A stretch of 64,000 nucleotides of DNA from the NCBI GenBank assembly GCA_963709585.1, contig CAVPXI010000008.1:32001-96000 (forward strand), written 5' to 3'. The notes under the pieces are model-generated. The model was not told the origin of the DNA. It searched no databases and worked only from the letters and a program-made list of their open reading frames with translations. The translations under genes and the position numbers were made by a program. Every line of letters begins with the position of its first letter. Position 1 is the stretch's first letter. The stretch comes from Candidatus Dormiibacterota bacterium (GTDB taxonomy: Bacteria > Chloroflexota > Dormibacteria > Aeolococcales > Aeolococcaceae). This document shows positions 40,848 to 52,000 of this stretch, in pieces.

Positions 40848-42050
40848 TCAAGCTAATCCGGCGCTGCCATGCGCCGGATCGAAGTCCTTGTCGCCGCGCC
40901 ACACGCCCCAGACGATGGCGAGCGCCTTGCTCATGCAGTGACCAAGGGAGTTCATCGCTGACTTGCCCGCGGCCCGCTTGCGAGCGTAGTGGGCGCGGAT
41001 GATCGGGTTGTGTTGCACGCCGACCACCGCCATCCGGTACGCCGCCGCACGCAGATACGAGTTGCCGGTCTTGGCCATGGTCCAGCTCGTCTCGGGGTTC
41101 GCACCCTTCTTCCCTGAACTCTGCTCCTTGGGATGCACGCCTGCGTAGGCGAGCAACTGGTCGACATCGCTGAAGCGCCAGATGTCGCCGATCTCGGCCA
41201 TGAGTGTGGCCGCGGTGGACGGCCCGACACCGGGAATCGAGAGCAGCCGCTGCGACACCTCGCCGTCGAGCAGGGAGGCGACCCGGGTGTCCGCGCTGGC
41301 GATCTGCTGGTCGAGCAGGTCGTGCTGCGCAATCAGGAGGCGCATCGCGAACCCGACCTGCTGCGCGAGTTCCGGCGCAGCCACCGAGGTCTGAGCCAGC
41401 TGCTTGAGCTGGCCGGCCTTGAGCGGTCCGATCGCACGGCCACCACCGCCCGGACACTTGAGCCGAGCCAGGCGGTCCTGGTGCATGCGCGCCACGGCCG
41501 CGGCGGTCGGCGCGTGGCGGAGCACCGCCAGGGCGCTCACGCAGGTCGGGTCGTCCCAGACCTCGCGCAGCTCAGGAAAGCCGATGTCCACCAACCGCTG
41601 GATGCGCTGGCAGACCTGGGCCTGCTCACGCACCAAACGCATCGCGAACCGCGCCGCCTCCTTGAGCTCGGCCCCCACCAGGGGCTCGCTGATCCGCGGC
41701 TGGTCGTGCGTTCCCAACGCCGCCAGTGTGCGCGCGTCGGCCGGGTCGCTCTTGCTCCGCTGCAGCCGGCTCTTGGCGAAGTACTTGGCCTGCAACGGGT
41801 TCACCACCGCCACCGGATACCCCTGGCGACGCAGGTGGCTGGCCAGGTTGAACCAGTAGTGGCCGCTCGATTCCATCACCACCACCTCGATCGGCGCTTC
41901 CTGCTTCGTCATCCACGCGTCCAGTTCGCCGAAGCCCTTGCGCTTGGTGGTGATGGTGAGCACCTTCCGATCCGCCTCGCGCTCACCCTGGCGACACACC
42001 GCCGCCGCGCACTTGTATGCCCCCACGTCGATCCCCACCGCCAGGCTCAT
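40848..42050 (-). CDS. IS110 family recombinase/transposase
   Basis: RuvC-like DEDD (GIDVG, MESSG, KSDPADA), SIPGVG, AYAG..P...SSG serine loop; RBS GGAGG before ATG 42050. Confidence 0.95.
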   Translation of the reverse strand: MSLAVGIDVGAYKCAAAVCRQGEREADRKVLTITTKRKGFGELDAWMTKQEAPIEVVVMESSGHYWFNLASHLRRQGYPVAVVNPLQAKYFAKSRLQRSKSDPADARTLAALGTHDQPRISEPLVGAELKEAARFAMRLVREQAQVCQRIQRLVDIGFPELREVWDDPTCVSALAVLRHAPTAAAVARMHQDRLARLKCPGGGGRAIGPLKAGQLKQLAQTSVAAPELAQQVGFAMRLLIAQHDLLDQQIASADTRVASLLDGEVSQRLLSIPGVGPSTAATLMAEIGDIWRFSDVDQLLAYAGVHPKEQSSGKKGANPETSWTMAKTGNSYLRAAAYRMAVVGVQHNPIIRAHYARKRAAGKSAMNSLGHCMSKALAIVWGVWRGDKDFDPAHGSAGLA

Positions 42051-42074
42051 ACGCACCTCCTGTGTCGGGTTGCG

Positions 42075-42270
42075 ACCCCAGGGGTCCTCGCCTTGCTTCG
42101 TCGCCGCGTGGGCTGATGCTCCATCACCGGTCACCGCCGTCGGATCCCAATCACCGCTCGAAGACGAAGCACGAGGGCCGGTCACTAGCTCCATCGGTCC
42201 CGTCGCCGGATAGCTATGCGCCGGTCTCCCCGTCGAGGTCAGATTCCCCGCGATTCTGACCCTGCCAGGA
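42075..42270 (-). ncRNA. IS110 bridge RNA (boundaries approximate)
   Basis: 5' hairpin GGTCAGA/TCTGACC. Target-loop guides ATAGCTA (42211-42217) and GAGCTAG (42185-42191); donor-loop guides TGGGATC (42143-42149) and ATCAG (42113-42117); closing stem GCTTCGTC/GACGAAGC. Confidence 0.82.
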
Positions 42271-42394
42271 GATATATCAGCTATAAGCGGTCGCGGGACC
42301 TACTCACGAGAGGGCTGCCGGCGACATCCTCCGTAGGGCCGACCTCGAGGATGGAGTTGAGCGCAAGCGGATGGAATTCGCTGGGGCGGCCCGA

Positions 42395-42853
42395 TCAGCC
42401 GCAGATGAACACGACAGCCGCACCCGTCTCCAAGCCACCGTACCCCTTGGCTGAGGTCGCCATGAAGGTCCAGGTATCCCCGCAATTGTTTGTGACGATG
42501 GTCACCTTCACGGACCTGCCGGGTGCGAGCGTGCCGTTGGCGGGAGTTACTGTGGACTGAGTTCCGCCCTCAGGAACGATGAATTGTGGGAACCAATTCA
42601 AAGCGGCGCTAGAGCTACTTGGGTTGCTCAGGGTCACGTGGCACGTCGCTGTGAAGATGGGTGTGCCCGGGGATTGGGTGCAGTTGGCGGGAGGGATGAC
42701 GTCAAACTGGAGCCCGACCGCGCGCGGACTAACCTCCAATCGTGGGGCCGTTGAGGCGGTCACGGTTCCGCCTGCCTCGGCCAGCATCATGCCGATTGCC
42801 AGTAACGGCAGCACCCACAGGACGCGCCTGATTTGCTTCCTGACCATGGTCAT
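42395..42853 (-). CDS. Secreted hypothetical protein (Ig/BACON-like)
   Basis: Signal peptide, then VTPANGTLAPGRSVKVTI beta-rich segment. Confidence 0.55.
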   Translation of the reverse strand: MTMVRKQIRRVLWVLPLLAIGMMLAEAGGTVTASTAPRLEVSPRAVGLQFDVIPPANCTQSPGTPIFTATCHVTLSNPSSSSAALNWFPQFIVPEGGTQSTVTPANGTLAPGRSVKVTIVTNNCGDTWTFMATSAKGYGGLETGAAVVFICG

Positions 42854-42941
42854 CGGCTCTGCTGCCGCCGCCGAAGGCTTGACTTTGCGTGGCAAAGTGA
42901 GGTAGCTTTGTGGTGCAAAGTCACCCAAGGAGATCCCAACC

Positions 42942-43616
42942 ATGGATAACACCCGTGATCTGGAGCAGGCCGCGACCGCCGACAACGGCGGTGCGCTCGA
43001 CCCGCGCGAAGCAGCGCGGCTGCTGGAGCAGACCAACCGAGAGGCCCGGCGTCAATTCTCCATGAACCCGCCGCTGGCGACCGCGCTGATGGGGGTGCTG
43101 ATCCTTTTCGCCTACGGCGCTCTGTGGCTCTCGGTGCTCGGACAGCAACCCTACGCCGGACCGAACCTCGGCGTGATCGCGCTGGTGTACGTGACGGTCG
43201 CCGTCGCGGCCGCCGTGACCGTGAGGATCCACCACCGCGCAACCGCCGGCGTCAGTGGACCCTCCACGAGACAGCGCACGGTCGAGGGGATTGCGGTCCT
43301 CGTGTCCATCGTCGGCGGCAGCCCCGTGATTCAGGGCGCGATGAAGGAGTACGGCGCCAGCGCTGCCATCGTCTACGGAGTGATCCCGGCCGCGGCGCCG
43401 CTGATCATCATCGGCACGACCCTCGTGGGCATTGCCGCTAGCAAGTCCGACTGGCCGATGTTCGGCACCGCTCTCGCGGTCGTGACCGGGGGGATCGTCG
43501 CCGCGTTCGTGGGGCCGATCGATGCGTGGCTGGTCGCCGGGATCAGCCTGTTCATCGCGGTGGTCGGCTACGCCGCTGCCACCACCTCGCAGGGCCGCGC
43601 AGCCGGCCGCGTATGA
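42942..43616 (+). CDS. Membrane protein
   Basis: About 6 TM helices; coupled to the downstream wHTH gene. Confidence 0.75.
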   Translation: MDNTRDLEQAATADNGGALDPREAARLLEQTNREARRQFSMNPPLATALMGVLILFAYGALWLSVLGQQPYAGPNLGVIALVYVTVAVAAAVTVRIHHRATAGVSGPSTRQRTVEGIAVLVSIVGGSPVIQGAMKEYGASAAIVYGVIPAAAPLIIIGTTLVGIAASKSDWPMFGTALAVVTGGIVAAFVGPIDAWLVAGISLFIAVVGYAAATTSQGRAAGRV

Positions 43617-43909
43617 CAGAGGAAGCGCTGGACCCGCTGATCCATGCGCCGGCCCGTCTGCGGATCGTCGCGACGCTGGCCGCGCTGCCCGAGGGCGACG
43701 CGCTCTCATTCACCAGGCTGCAGGACATGCTCGAGCTGACGCCCGGCAACCTGATCACGCACGTGCGAAAGCTCGAGGACGCCGGCTACCTGACGACCGA
43801 AAAGACCGGCAACGGGACGGCGTCACGCACCTCGATCGGCCTCACGGCGCGAGGCCGGGCGGCGCTGGAGGCCTACACGGCCGCCCTGCGGGGCTTGCTA
43901 GGCGTCTGA
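43613..43909 (+). CDS. Winged-helix transcriptional regulator (ArsR/MarR-like)
   Basis: LDPLIHAPARL, LTPGNLITHVRKLEDAGY, LTARGR. Confidence 0.88.
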   Translation: MTEEALDPLIHAPARLRIVATLAALPEGDALSFTRLQDMLELTPGNLITHVRKLEDAGYLTTEKTGNGTASRTSIGLTARGRAALEAYTAALRGLLGV

Positions 43910-43928
43910 ACCGTCCCCGAGTTCGCGC

Positions 43929-43975
43929 GAGCGGGAGACGAGGCTCGAACTCGCGACCCCTACCTTGGCAAGGTA
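43929..43975 (-). repeat. att site: 3' fragment of tRNA-Gly (outermost; no CCA)
   Basis: 47-nt match to 59915-59961. Confidence 0.92.
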
Positions 43976-44245
43976 CGCTTCTCATTCTGTATTCGGGAGG
44001 GGCTGAAATTGGCCTCTAAGCCACTACTTACCCCCAGTTTCCACGGGGATCCACGCTGACCGCACGGGACGCCCCGCTGGCCCTACGGGCGTCCACGCTG
44101 AACACAACATCGGGAATACGGGGCCCATCTCGATGTTGCACAGCTGAACCGACTCCGCGACCCGAAACTCCGACCGGTTGCGGGGTACGCGCCAATCGTT
44201 GGCCGGGAACTGGTGGCGCGCCGCCGGCGCCTCCACGCCCTTCCA

Positions 44246-45279
44246 TCATGGTGCCGTGCCCCAGACCGGGCCTCGGGGGAAGATGTTGGTGAGTGGCGTG
44301 GGATGCCAGATCACCACCGGGTGTGAGCCGTCGGCCTGCATGATCACTAGCCCAACGAAGTGGGTTCCATCCTGAAACTGGAGGAAGGCGATCATCGTGC
44401 CATCGGGCGACCAGGCGGGGTCCTCCGCCCAACTGGGGTCAGACTCGTGGGTTAGCGCTGTCAGCCCGCTCCCATCAGAGTTAACGACGTAGACGTTCCG
44501 GTCCGAGGGAGCAGTATCGGAATCGGGTGCACCGAAAAGGAGCTTCGACCCATCCGGCGACCAGCGCGGTCTCCAAGCGTCTGCTGAGGTCGGCGTCACT
44601 TTGCGAAGGCCCATTCCGTCGATCCCAACAATGTAGATCGTTCCATCGCCACCATCACTCCCATCCCGAACGAAGGCGAGTTTCGTTCCATCGGGCGAGA
44701 AGTCCGGTAGCTGGTCTCCGCCGACAGCCGACGCCGGCGGCGTGGTGATCCGAACAATGTGGCTCCCATCGGCGTTCATGAGATAGATCCCAGTCAGATG
44801 TCCACTTAGATCGAACCGGTCGAATGCAATGCGCGTGCCATCCGGCGATATCGCAGGATCACCGTCATACACATGGATGGGCTCGGATGTGAGTTGCCGG
44901 ATGGAGCCACCATGTGAGTCCATCCAGAACAGATTGCTCGACGTCGCATTCGCGCTGGAAGCATTAGGAGGAAAGGTGCTATCGAAGACAATCCGATCAC
45001 CCGCTGCGGTCCACGCCGGCTCGCCGACACGTCCGGCGGTGACGTTGGTGAGCATGCGCAGGCCGGTACCATCGGGCTCGATGGTCAGGATATTGCCATC
45101 GTCTCCAGTTGGGCCGAACTCCAGGGTGAACGCGATCCGGCCGTGCCCCGGAAGTCCACTCGCGGATGAAGGCGTTGTCGCGATCGGGGTGTTCGCATTC
45201 GAGGTGCGGATTGGGGCGGCGAGCCGCAGGCAACGAGCGCCAGCAGCGTAGACGCCGTGAAGGCGGTCATCAGCTTCAT
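44246..45279 (-). CDS. TolB/PD40 beta-propeller lipoprotein (frameshift ~45215)
   Basis: Lipobox LVACG, then repeated P.WSPDG..IAF units. Confidence 0.78.
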
Positions 45280-45469
45280 GTCAGGACCTTCAAACAAGTC
45301 GCCGTCGGTGTTGGGTTGATCACGCAACGAGCCCGGCGATCGCGTCGACCCTTCGAACCCGTCGACCGCGATCCGCGTTGCCGCCCCTCAACCTCGCCAA
45401 CCTGGCGAATTCGGGTCTGAATGTCGGCCTCTACGGCTGGCACGGCGACGCTCCCTGCACACGCATCTC

Positions 45470-47128
45470 TCAGCATCCAAAGCACTGATCAGGCAGGTTG
45501 CGAGCGGTGGTGCTGTTACTCAGCGTCACGGGAAAGGCGGTGAAGAGACCTCCCCCATGCGCCGTGATGCCAGGGCTCGCCGTCAACGTGTTGCCCGACA
45601 CCGTGCTACCGGACAGTGTGAGCTGGACCGGCGGGGTGGCGCAGGGGACCGGGCCGTTCCAGATGCCGCCGCCCTGGACCTTCCCAGAAGCGCCTCGCGC
45701 CGTCCCTGTGTTGTTCTCGACGACTGTGCTTTGCAGCATCAGCAGCTCGTCGCTCTGGATGCCGCCGCCCTCGACGATCGCCGAGCCGCTCGTCGTCGTC
45801 GCGGTTACGCGATTGTCAGCGATGACGCTATCGCTGATCGTGGTCACTGGGTTGGTGCCGCCAATGAATGCCCCACCAGCGGCCTGGGCAGTCCCGGCCG
45901 ATGAGGTGGCCTCGACGCTGTTGGAAGTGAATCGAGTGTTGCGGATCGGGCCAGGCGCATTCATCTCGCCGGCGCCAGAGTTGGCAAAGGCACTGCCCGA
46001 TGAGCCAGCCGATGTGCTCGCGCTGACGCTGTTGCCGCTGAAGGTGTCGTTGGACAGCACGAGCGCGAGCGGGCCATCGGAGTGAAGGCCGCCCGAAGTC
46101 GGCGGTTGCGTCACCAGCCGTATTCGTCGCCCTGACGGAATTCTCGGAGATCGTGGTGTCACTTATAGTTCCGGAGGTGGAGGTGGAGACATGAACGCCT
46201 CCGGCGATCGCGCCCAGCCGCCGGTCGCTGATGCAATCCGTTGGGTTCGTAAACGGCAGCGAAGACGAAAGCTCCGCCGCGTTGCCCGTCACGAAGTCGT
46301 GGTTCATCGTCAGTGTCGCGCCCTCAACATAGATGCCGCCGGAGTCAACGAAGCGACCGTTGGGCGCGGTCGTGCTTGCATGGTTGTTGCTGATCATGGA
46401 ATCGTTGACCACGAGGGTGCCCGTCGGCTCGACCATGATCCCGCCTCCATTTGCGTCGCTGGCGAGCGTCGAGAGCCCGGATGCGGAGCCGATCAGGTTC
46501 TCGCTGACCGTAGTGTGGGCGAGCGTCAGCCTGCCCCAGTCGTCGATCCCGCCACCGTCCGCTTCGGCGTAGGGGCAATTGACGTTGCCCGGGCACGGAG
46601 ATCCGATGGGGAGAGTTCGGGTCGGGGCGGCCCGGTTCCCGGTGATGACGCTGTTCGTGATGGTCACGGTGGCCCCAGTGCCGGCCTTCGACTGCGGGAT
46701 CTCGATGCCGCCCCCTTGCGCGATGACACCGGAATAGCTCGCAATCCCGACCCCGGGGTTCGACTGGGGGCTCGAGCGAGTCACTCCGCCGGTGATCGTC
46801 ACGCCGGCGATCGAGACAGTCGGCTCAGTCGGCGCCTCGTACATGCCGATAGTCAGGACGCTGTTCCCACCCCGGATGATGGTCGACGTCGCCCCTGCCC
46901 CGATGATCGTGACGCTCACGTTGACGGTGACTTCGCCCGAGAACGTGCCCGAGTTCGATCCGGATCGTGTTACCCGCGTGGGCTGCAGCGATCGCCGCCT
47001 TCAGCGTTGAGTAACAGCCTGAACTCGCCGCCAACGCACAAAGCGTTCTTGGCAGGTGCCGGGTTGCAAGCCACACCCCCCGCGACAAGGACCCCGCAGG
47101 CTACCGCAAGAAGGCGCTTGGTTCGCAT
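45470..47128 (-). pseudogene. Secreted beta-helix (GGGI-repeat / pectin-lyase-like) protein, three frameshifts (~47020, ~46950, ~46100)
   Basis: Signal peptide, CYSTLKAAIAAA..G.TI, and repeated GGGI...N.A units spread over four ORF segments. Confidence 0.65.
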
Positions 47129-47141
47129 CAGATCCACCCCG

Positions 47142-47450
47142 TCATCGCAGTCTGCCAGTTGTGTCTTCTGTGCCCCCATCCGACCAGCGCCACTCGATCA
47201 CGCGCTCGATGGGGATGGACGCGTGCTGGCTGACGGCTCGTATCTCAGGTTCATTGCCGTGGAAGAGGCAGAAGACGGTCTCATCTGCCGGCATGAGGAT
47301 TGAGCCGACGAACCAGACGTTCGCGCCCGCGCAACGCAGTTGTGTGGCTGCAGCCTCGATGCGTCGTGCTGCGGTGGCGAGTTCTTGGTCATTGATGCCG
47401 GGCCAGTAGCACTCGACCAGGTAGCTGTTGCCGGCGCGGTTCGCGAGCAT
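47142..47450 (-). CDS. DUF4242 / SCO4226-like small protein
   Basis: YLVECYWP...SILMPADETVFCLF...IPIERVIE pattern. Confidence 0.65.
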   Translation of the reverse strand: MLANRAGNSYLVECYWPGINDQELATAARRIEAAATQLRCAGANVWFVGSILMPADETVFCLFHGNEPEIRAVSQHASIPIERVIEWRWSDGGTEDTTGRLR

Positions 47451-47567
47451 GCGTTCGAGGGTACGGGCGCGGCCACCGGAGAGGAATCGGGTGTTTCCCT
47501 ACTTCTGCGAAGGTCGCGGCGGCCTGAGGACTTTACGGTCGCCAACCACGTGTGCAAGAGTGCGCCC

Positions 47568-50365
47568 ATGCCGGACGGCATCCTGGGACGCGAGCAGGAG
47601 CTCATGGTTGCGGCAGGGCTCCTCGGAAGGCTGGAACACGGGCCGGCTGCCCTCGTCTTTGCAGGTGAAGCGGGGATCGGCAAGACGACGCTGTGGCGGG
47701 AGGCCGTCGATCGTGCTCGGGCGGAGCCGGTGGTGGCCCTTGTTGCCTCCCCCGCAGCCGCGGAGGCCGCACTAGCTTTTGCCGCCCTCGCCGACTTGCT
47801 TGAGCCGGTGGTTGACGGACTGCTGCCTGAGCTCAGCGAGCCTCAGCGCCACGCCCTGGCGATCGCGTTACTCCGCGAAGGTCCTGGCTCCCGACGTCTC
47901 GACCAGCGCGCCGCATCGGCAGGCGTGCTTTCGATATTCCGAATGCTGGCCGGGACAAGCAAGGTGCTTGTGGCGATTGACGACCTCCAGTGGCTCGACC
48001 AGCCATCTGCCCATGTGCTCGGCTATGTAATGCGCCGCCTGGGGGATTTGCCGGTGGGGGTGTTGGCTTGCGAACGGCTAGGAGAGGTGAGGGAGCTTCC
48101 GCTTGATTTGCGCGCCGGCCTGGGCGAGGAACGCTTCGTTGGGATGGAGCTGGGGCCGCTCAGCCTTGCGGCCTTGCACGAACTCTTGAAGGAGCGGCTG
48201 GGCAGGTCCTTTTCGCGGAGGACGCTCACCCGCATCGAGCAGGTGGCCGGAGGCAATCCCTTCTTCGCCCTGGAGATCGGTCGCGCCTTGCGGGAAGACC
48301 TGCCGTCTGGCGCTCCAGCGGTGCCGATTCCGGAGAACCTGCGCCAACTCATCGAGGGTCGTATGGCTGGCCTTCCCAAAGCCACGCGCACGACGCTGCT
48401 CGCCACAGCGTCACTTCCCGCACCGACCGTTGATGTCGTGGCCTCGGCAACCGGCACGCTGCCGTCAAACACACGTCGGGCTCTTGAGCGTGCGGCCGCA
48501 GCCGGACTGGTGAGGTTGGATGCCTCCAACGTCCGCTTCTCTCACCCGCTTTACGCAGCCGTCGCCTACTCATCAGCGGTCCCCAGCGAGCGCCGTCGGG
48601 CTCACAGGCGGCTCGCTCTGGTCAGCACCGACATCGAGGAGCGAGCCCGTCATCGTGCGCTGAGCGCGGAAGGTGACGATGAGGAGGCGGCTGCGCTCCT
48701 CGAGGCTGCAGCAGAGCACGCTCTGTCGCGGGGCGCGCCGGAGACCGCAGCTGAGCTGGCAGACCACGCGCGGTTGCTGACACCGCGGGATCAGCATGCC
48801 CGGATGCAGCGGCGCAGCATCCAGGCAGCCGAGTACCGCTTCCACGCCGGTGAGCGAGAGCCGGCACGGTTGCTACTGGAGGAGGTCCTACGTGAAACTC
48901 CCGCCGGGCGCGTGCGGGCGGATGTGCTCGTCCTGCTCGGTGAAATCCGATATCACGAGAATAGTTTTCCTGAAGCGATTCGTCACTTCGAGGAGGCGTT
49001 GGAGCATGTGGGCGACGCTCTGGGGGTGAGCGCTGCGATTGAAACCCAACTCGCGTACAGCTACAACGCGATCGCCGACTGGGCCGGCGCTGAGCGGCAT
49101 GCAAGCCGCGGGCTGGAACTCGCGGAGCAGGCCGGTGAGCCCGGCGTCCTGGCGGAAGCGCTCGCCGTCCACGCCATTGCGACCTTCCTGCTGGGGCGGG
49201 GTCTCGATCGAGCGCAACTCGAACGAGCACTCGAGTTGGAGGATGCTCAGCGTCAGGTTGTCGTCGAGATGCGACCGAGCCTGATCGCCGGATGCCTGGA
49301 GCTGTATCTAGGCGAACTGGATCGATCGATCGCCTATCTGTCGGTCCTTCGCGAGCGTGCCCTGGAGCACGGCGCAGAGAGTGATCTCGTCTTTGTCAGC
49401 GGCCAGCTGGCGTTGGCGCAGTGCTGGAAGGGCAACCTCGGTGCTGCCGCGACGTATGCGGACGAAGCCATCGACACAGCGACGCATATCGAAAGCGACT
49501 CCGCCTCTGCTCCGCGCTTGCGTTCGGCGCCGTAGCGGCTGCATTTGCGGGTGACGTCGAGGTGGCGACTAGCAGAGCCGCGCAAACGTGCGCCCTAGCA
49601 AGTGAGACGGGATACCGCATCGGGATCATGTGGGCAAGTTGGGCACTCGGCGTCCTTGAGCTCGCTCGTGGCGACCCTCAAGCCGTCGATGCCGTCCTCG
49701 GGCCGTTGGCGACGATGATCGAGCAGGAGGGTCTCGGGGAGCCAGTGCGCGCGATCCACCTCGCCGATGAGATCGAAGCGTTGATCGCCCTCGGGCAACT
49801 GGGTCGTGCTGAGCGACTGACGGCCATGCTCGAGGAGACGGGAACGCGCCTCGAGCGACAGTGGACTCTCGTACAAGCCAACAGATCCCGCGCGCTGCTC
49901 TTGGCGGCGCGGGGCGAACTAGATGCAGCCTCCCTGGCGGCCAGCCAAGCAGTTGCGCTCTGCGCTGATCTTGAACCCGGGCTCGAGGTCGCGCGTTCGC
50001 TGCTTGTCGCAGGTAGCGTCGAGCGGCGGCGGCGGCGCAAGCGAGCGGCGAGCGACATGCTGCAGCGGTCACTCGAGATATTCGAGCAAGCGGGCGCGCG
50101 CCTATGGGCGGAGAAGGCGCAGAGAGAACTCGACCGGGTCGGAATCCACCGGGTAGCAGGGAAGCAGCTGAGCGCCGCGGAGCAGCGCGTCGCCGAGCTT
50201 GCCGCGTCGGGCTTTACGAACCGCCAGGTCGCCGGCGCGCTGTTCATGAGCCCAAAGACGGTGGAAGCGAATCTCGCCCACGTCTATGCCAAGCTGGGCA
50301 TACGCTCACGCGCCGAACTCGGCGCCCGAGTTAGTACTGTCCTTTTGGGGGACCCGCAAAGGTAG
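47568..50365 (+). CDS. Large ATP-binding LuxR-family regulator (AAA-TPR-HTH; frameshift ~49505)
   Basis: GEAGIGKT, IDDLQWLD, GNPFFALE; C-terminal TNRQVA..LFMSPKTVEANL..VY.KLG. Confidence 0.85.
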
Positions 50366-50765
50366 GGGGCGCTTGTCAACGCTGACAAGTTGACACCCGT
50401 GGCGCCGGTGGCTTTGGCCATTTCCAGCACACGCGGTTGCGCTTGCCGGAAGGTGAAAGGAGCTACAGGCGCTTCCGGCCGCGTGTTCTTGGCCGGCGCG
50501 CTGCTGTGGACCATGGGACCGGGACAAGACTTGGGCTTTGTGTCCGATCGGCGAGGTGAAATGCAGGTGTTGTAGTACGTGATGACCACAGCACTCGGAG
50601 GAGCGGCGGACTTCAAGCGCCCGACCCTGCGCGGCTCCGCTCGAGGGCCCTAACACCACTTTCTCCAGGTAGTGCGTCTAGGAATTCCTGGACACGTACT
50701 CTCGGCGAGTTTCACGCGGTCGGCCGCCGACCGAAGCCGGGCCACTCCGTATTCAAATCGCGGAG

Positions 50766-50813
50766 TGGAGCGGGAGACGAGGCTTGAACTCGCGACCCTT
50801 ACCTTGGCAAGGT
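50766..50813 (-). repeat. att site: 3' fragment of tRNA-Gly (internal; with CCA)
   Basis: 48 nt matching 59913-59960 with 2 substitutions. Confidence 0.92.
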
Positions 50814-51185
50814 CCAGCTCCAATTCCGAATACGCGAGGAGCTGAAAACGGCCTTGCGGCGCCTACTTCCCCGCTGGATCGATGCTGTTCGACGCGGAGT
50901 TGACGGCGGGCGACGTCAAGCCACGACGACCTGTCGGTGATCGAGTGAGAGCACACTCGCGTGTGCGAGGACGCTCGTAGCTGAGAAACTGTGACTAACG
51001 TGGTGCAGGGCGATGGGTAGGGTTCGGATACAAGTTGCTCGACGCGGAACTGTCGACTAACAAGTTCGTCGGGGTCACCAGGTCCACCGCGCAGCAACCA
51101 AAGCGATCCTGACGGTCCCGCGCCAATGGCGCGAGGCAGCAGCGGCCGCCGACGTGGACCCAAGATCACAGAGAACCCACGAGGC

Positions 51186-51887
51186 CTATGCACTCGTGGC
51201 GAGTTGCCGGACCGCAGCTCGAAGGAGGTCTTCCTCCGTGTCCTCGGAGAGATTGGATGGCCGTCCGAACACCAGGCTGGTGGCCGGGAGTACCAACATC
51301 GCGGCGACCGGGTACGTCGCGATGTGCAGATGCAGGGCTGGTGGACGCGGGCGCATCGACCGGAACTCCTCGTAGAGGCGCTGGCGACGCTCGAAGCGCT
51401 GCTCGACGGAGGTATCGAGATCGAGTGGGATGGTCGACGATGTAATGGCCCGCCAGCGGTCGAGACATGTGGCGAGAGCGATAAGGGTCCTAGCGTCTCC
51501 GGGCCATGCGGCAAGAATGTCTCCCGCTTGTCCGTGCTGTCGAAGTGCTGCCTGGACTCGAGGATCGGCGAAGTTGGGCAGCGCAGATGGCGGAGATGCT
51601 CGGAACGTCTGAAAAAGTGACGCCTGAGCCTGAGCGTGCCGTGCGACGAGCTCCAGGAGCCATGCGTGCCATGTGTCTCCGTTTACCCCGGCCGCTCGAA
51701 GGCTGCCGTTGCCTTCGGCATGTTCCACAAATGGCTCAACCCGAAGGCCGTCATCGAGCAAAGTCCACACTGCGAAAGCAACAGGTCCACTATCCCATTC
51801 CTCCCAAGTCCATCGATCCGGGTCGCTAGCGGAGAACACGTCGTCAGTTTGGAGGTTCGCGAATGCTCGCGTGGGCTCGAGTGACAT
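51186..51887 (-). CDS. Hypothetical protein
   Basis: 233-aa ORF with plausible composition; no motif recognised. Confidence 0.5.
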   Translation of the reverse strand: MSLEPTRAFANLQTDDVFSASDPDRWTWEEWDSGPVAFAVWTLLDDGLRVEPFVEHAEGNGSLRAAGVNGDTWHAWLLELVARHAQAQASLFQTFRASPPSALPNFADPRVQAALRQHGQAGDILAAWPGDARTLIALATCLDRWRAITSSTIPLDLDTSVEQRFERRQRLYEEFRSMRPRPPALHLHIATYPVAAMLVLPATSLVFGRPSNLSEDTEEDLLRAAVRQLATSA

Positions 51888-52000
51888 TTGCGGACCCTGG
51901 CCTGGTCGACGAGCGTAACGGGTGAATCGCGCCGACCTTCAAGACCCGTTGATACCCTCCCCACGCCCTACCAACCGTCGGCGCCCAGAGGAATGTCGAC

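Larger units (their letters stand above)
40830..42280 (-). mobile_element. IS110 family insertion sequence (IS110 group, 5' non-coding end), CT core at both ends
   Basis: Recombinase plus ~230-nt upstream NCR. Minus-strand ends are TATAG-CT-GATATATC and TTGACAACAACTTATGGGAT-CT-AGCTC; no terminal inverted repeats. Confidence 0.9.
43929..50813. mobile_element. Distal tRNA-Gly island (~6.9 kb), no integrase visible
   Basis: Bounded by two tRNA-Gly 3' fragments; several frameshifted cargo genes. Confidence 0.7.

Noticed and set aside
42051-42194. 48-aa N-terminal extension of the IS110 recombinase in the ORF track
   Set aside because: The RuvC motif starts right after ATG 42050, which has a GGAGG RBS. 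The upstream region is the structured bridge RNA.
40825-42283. TAGCT as a 5-bp target-site duplication of the IS110
   Set aside because: The guide matches place the crossover at a CT core. The apparent duplication arises from the repetitive target TAGCTAGCT.
43929-50813. Two additional tRNA-Gly genes
   Set aside because: Only the anticodon-to-3' half is present, with no D-arm or 5' acceptor strand. They are att remnants.
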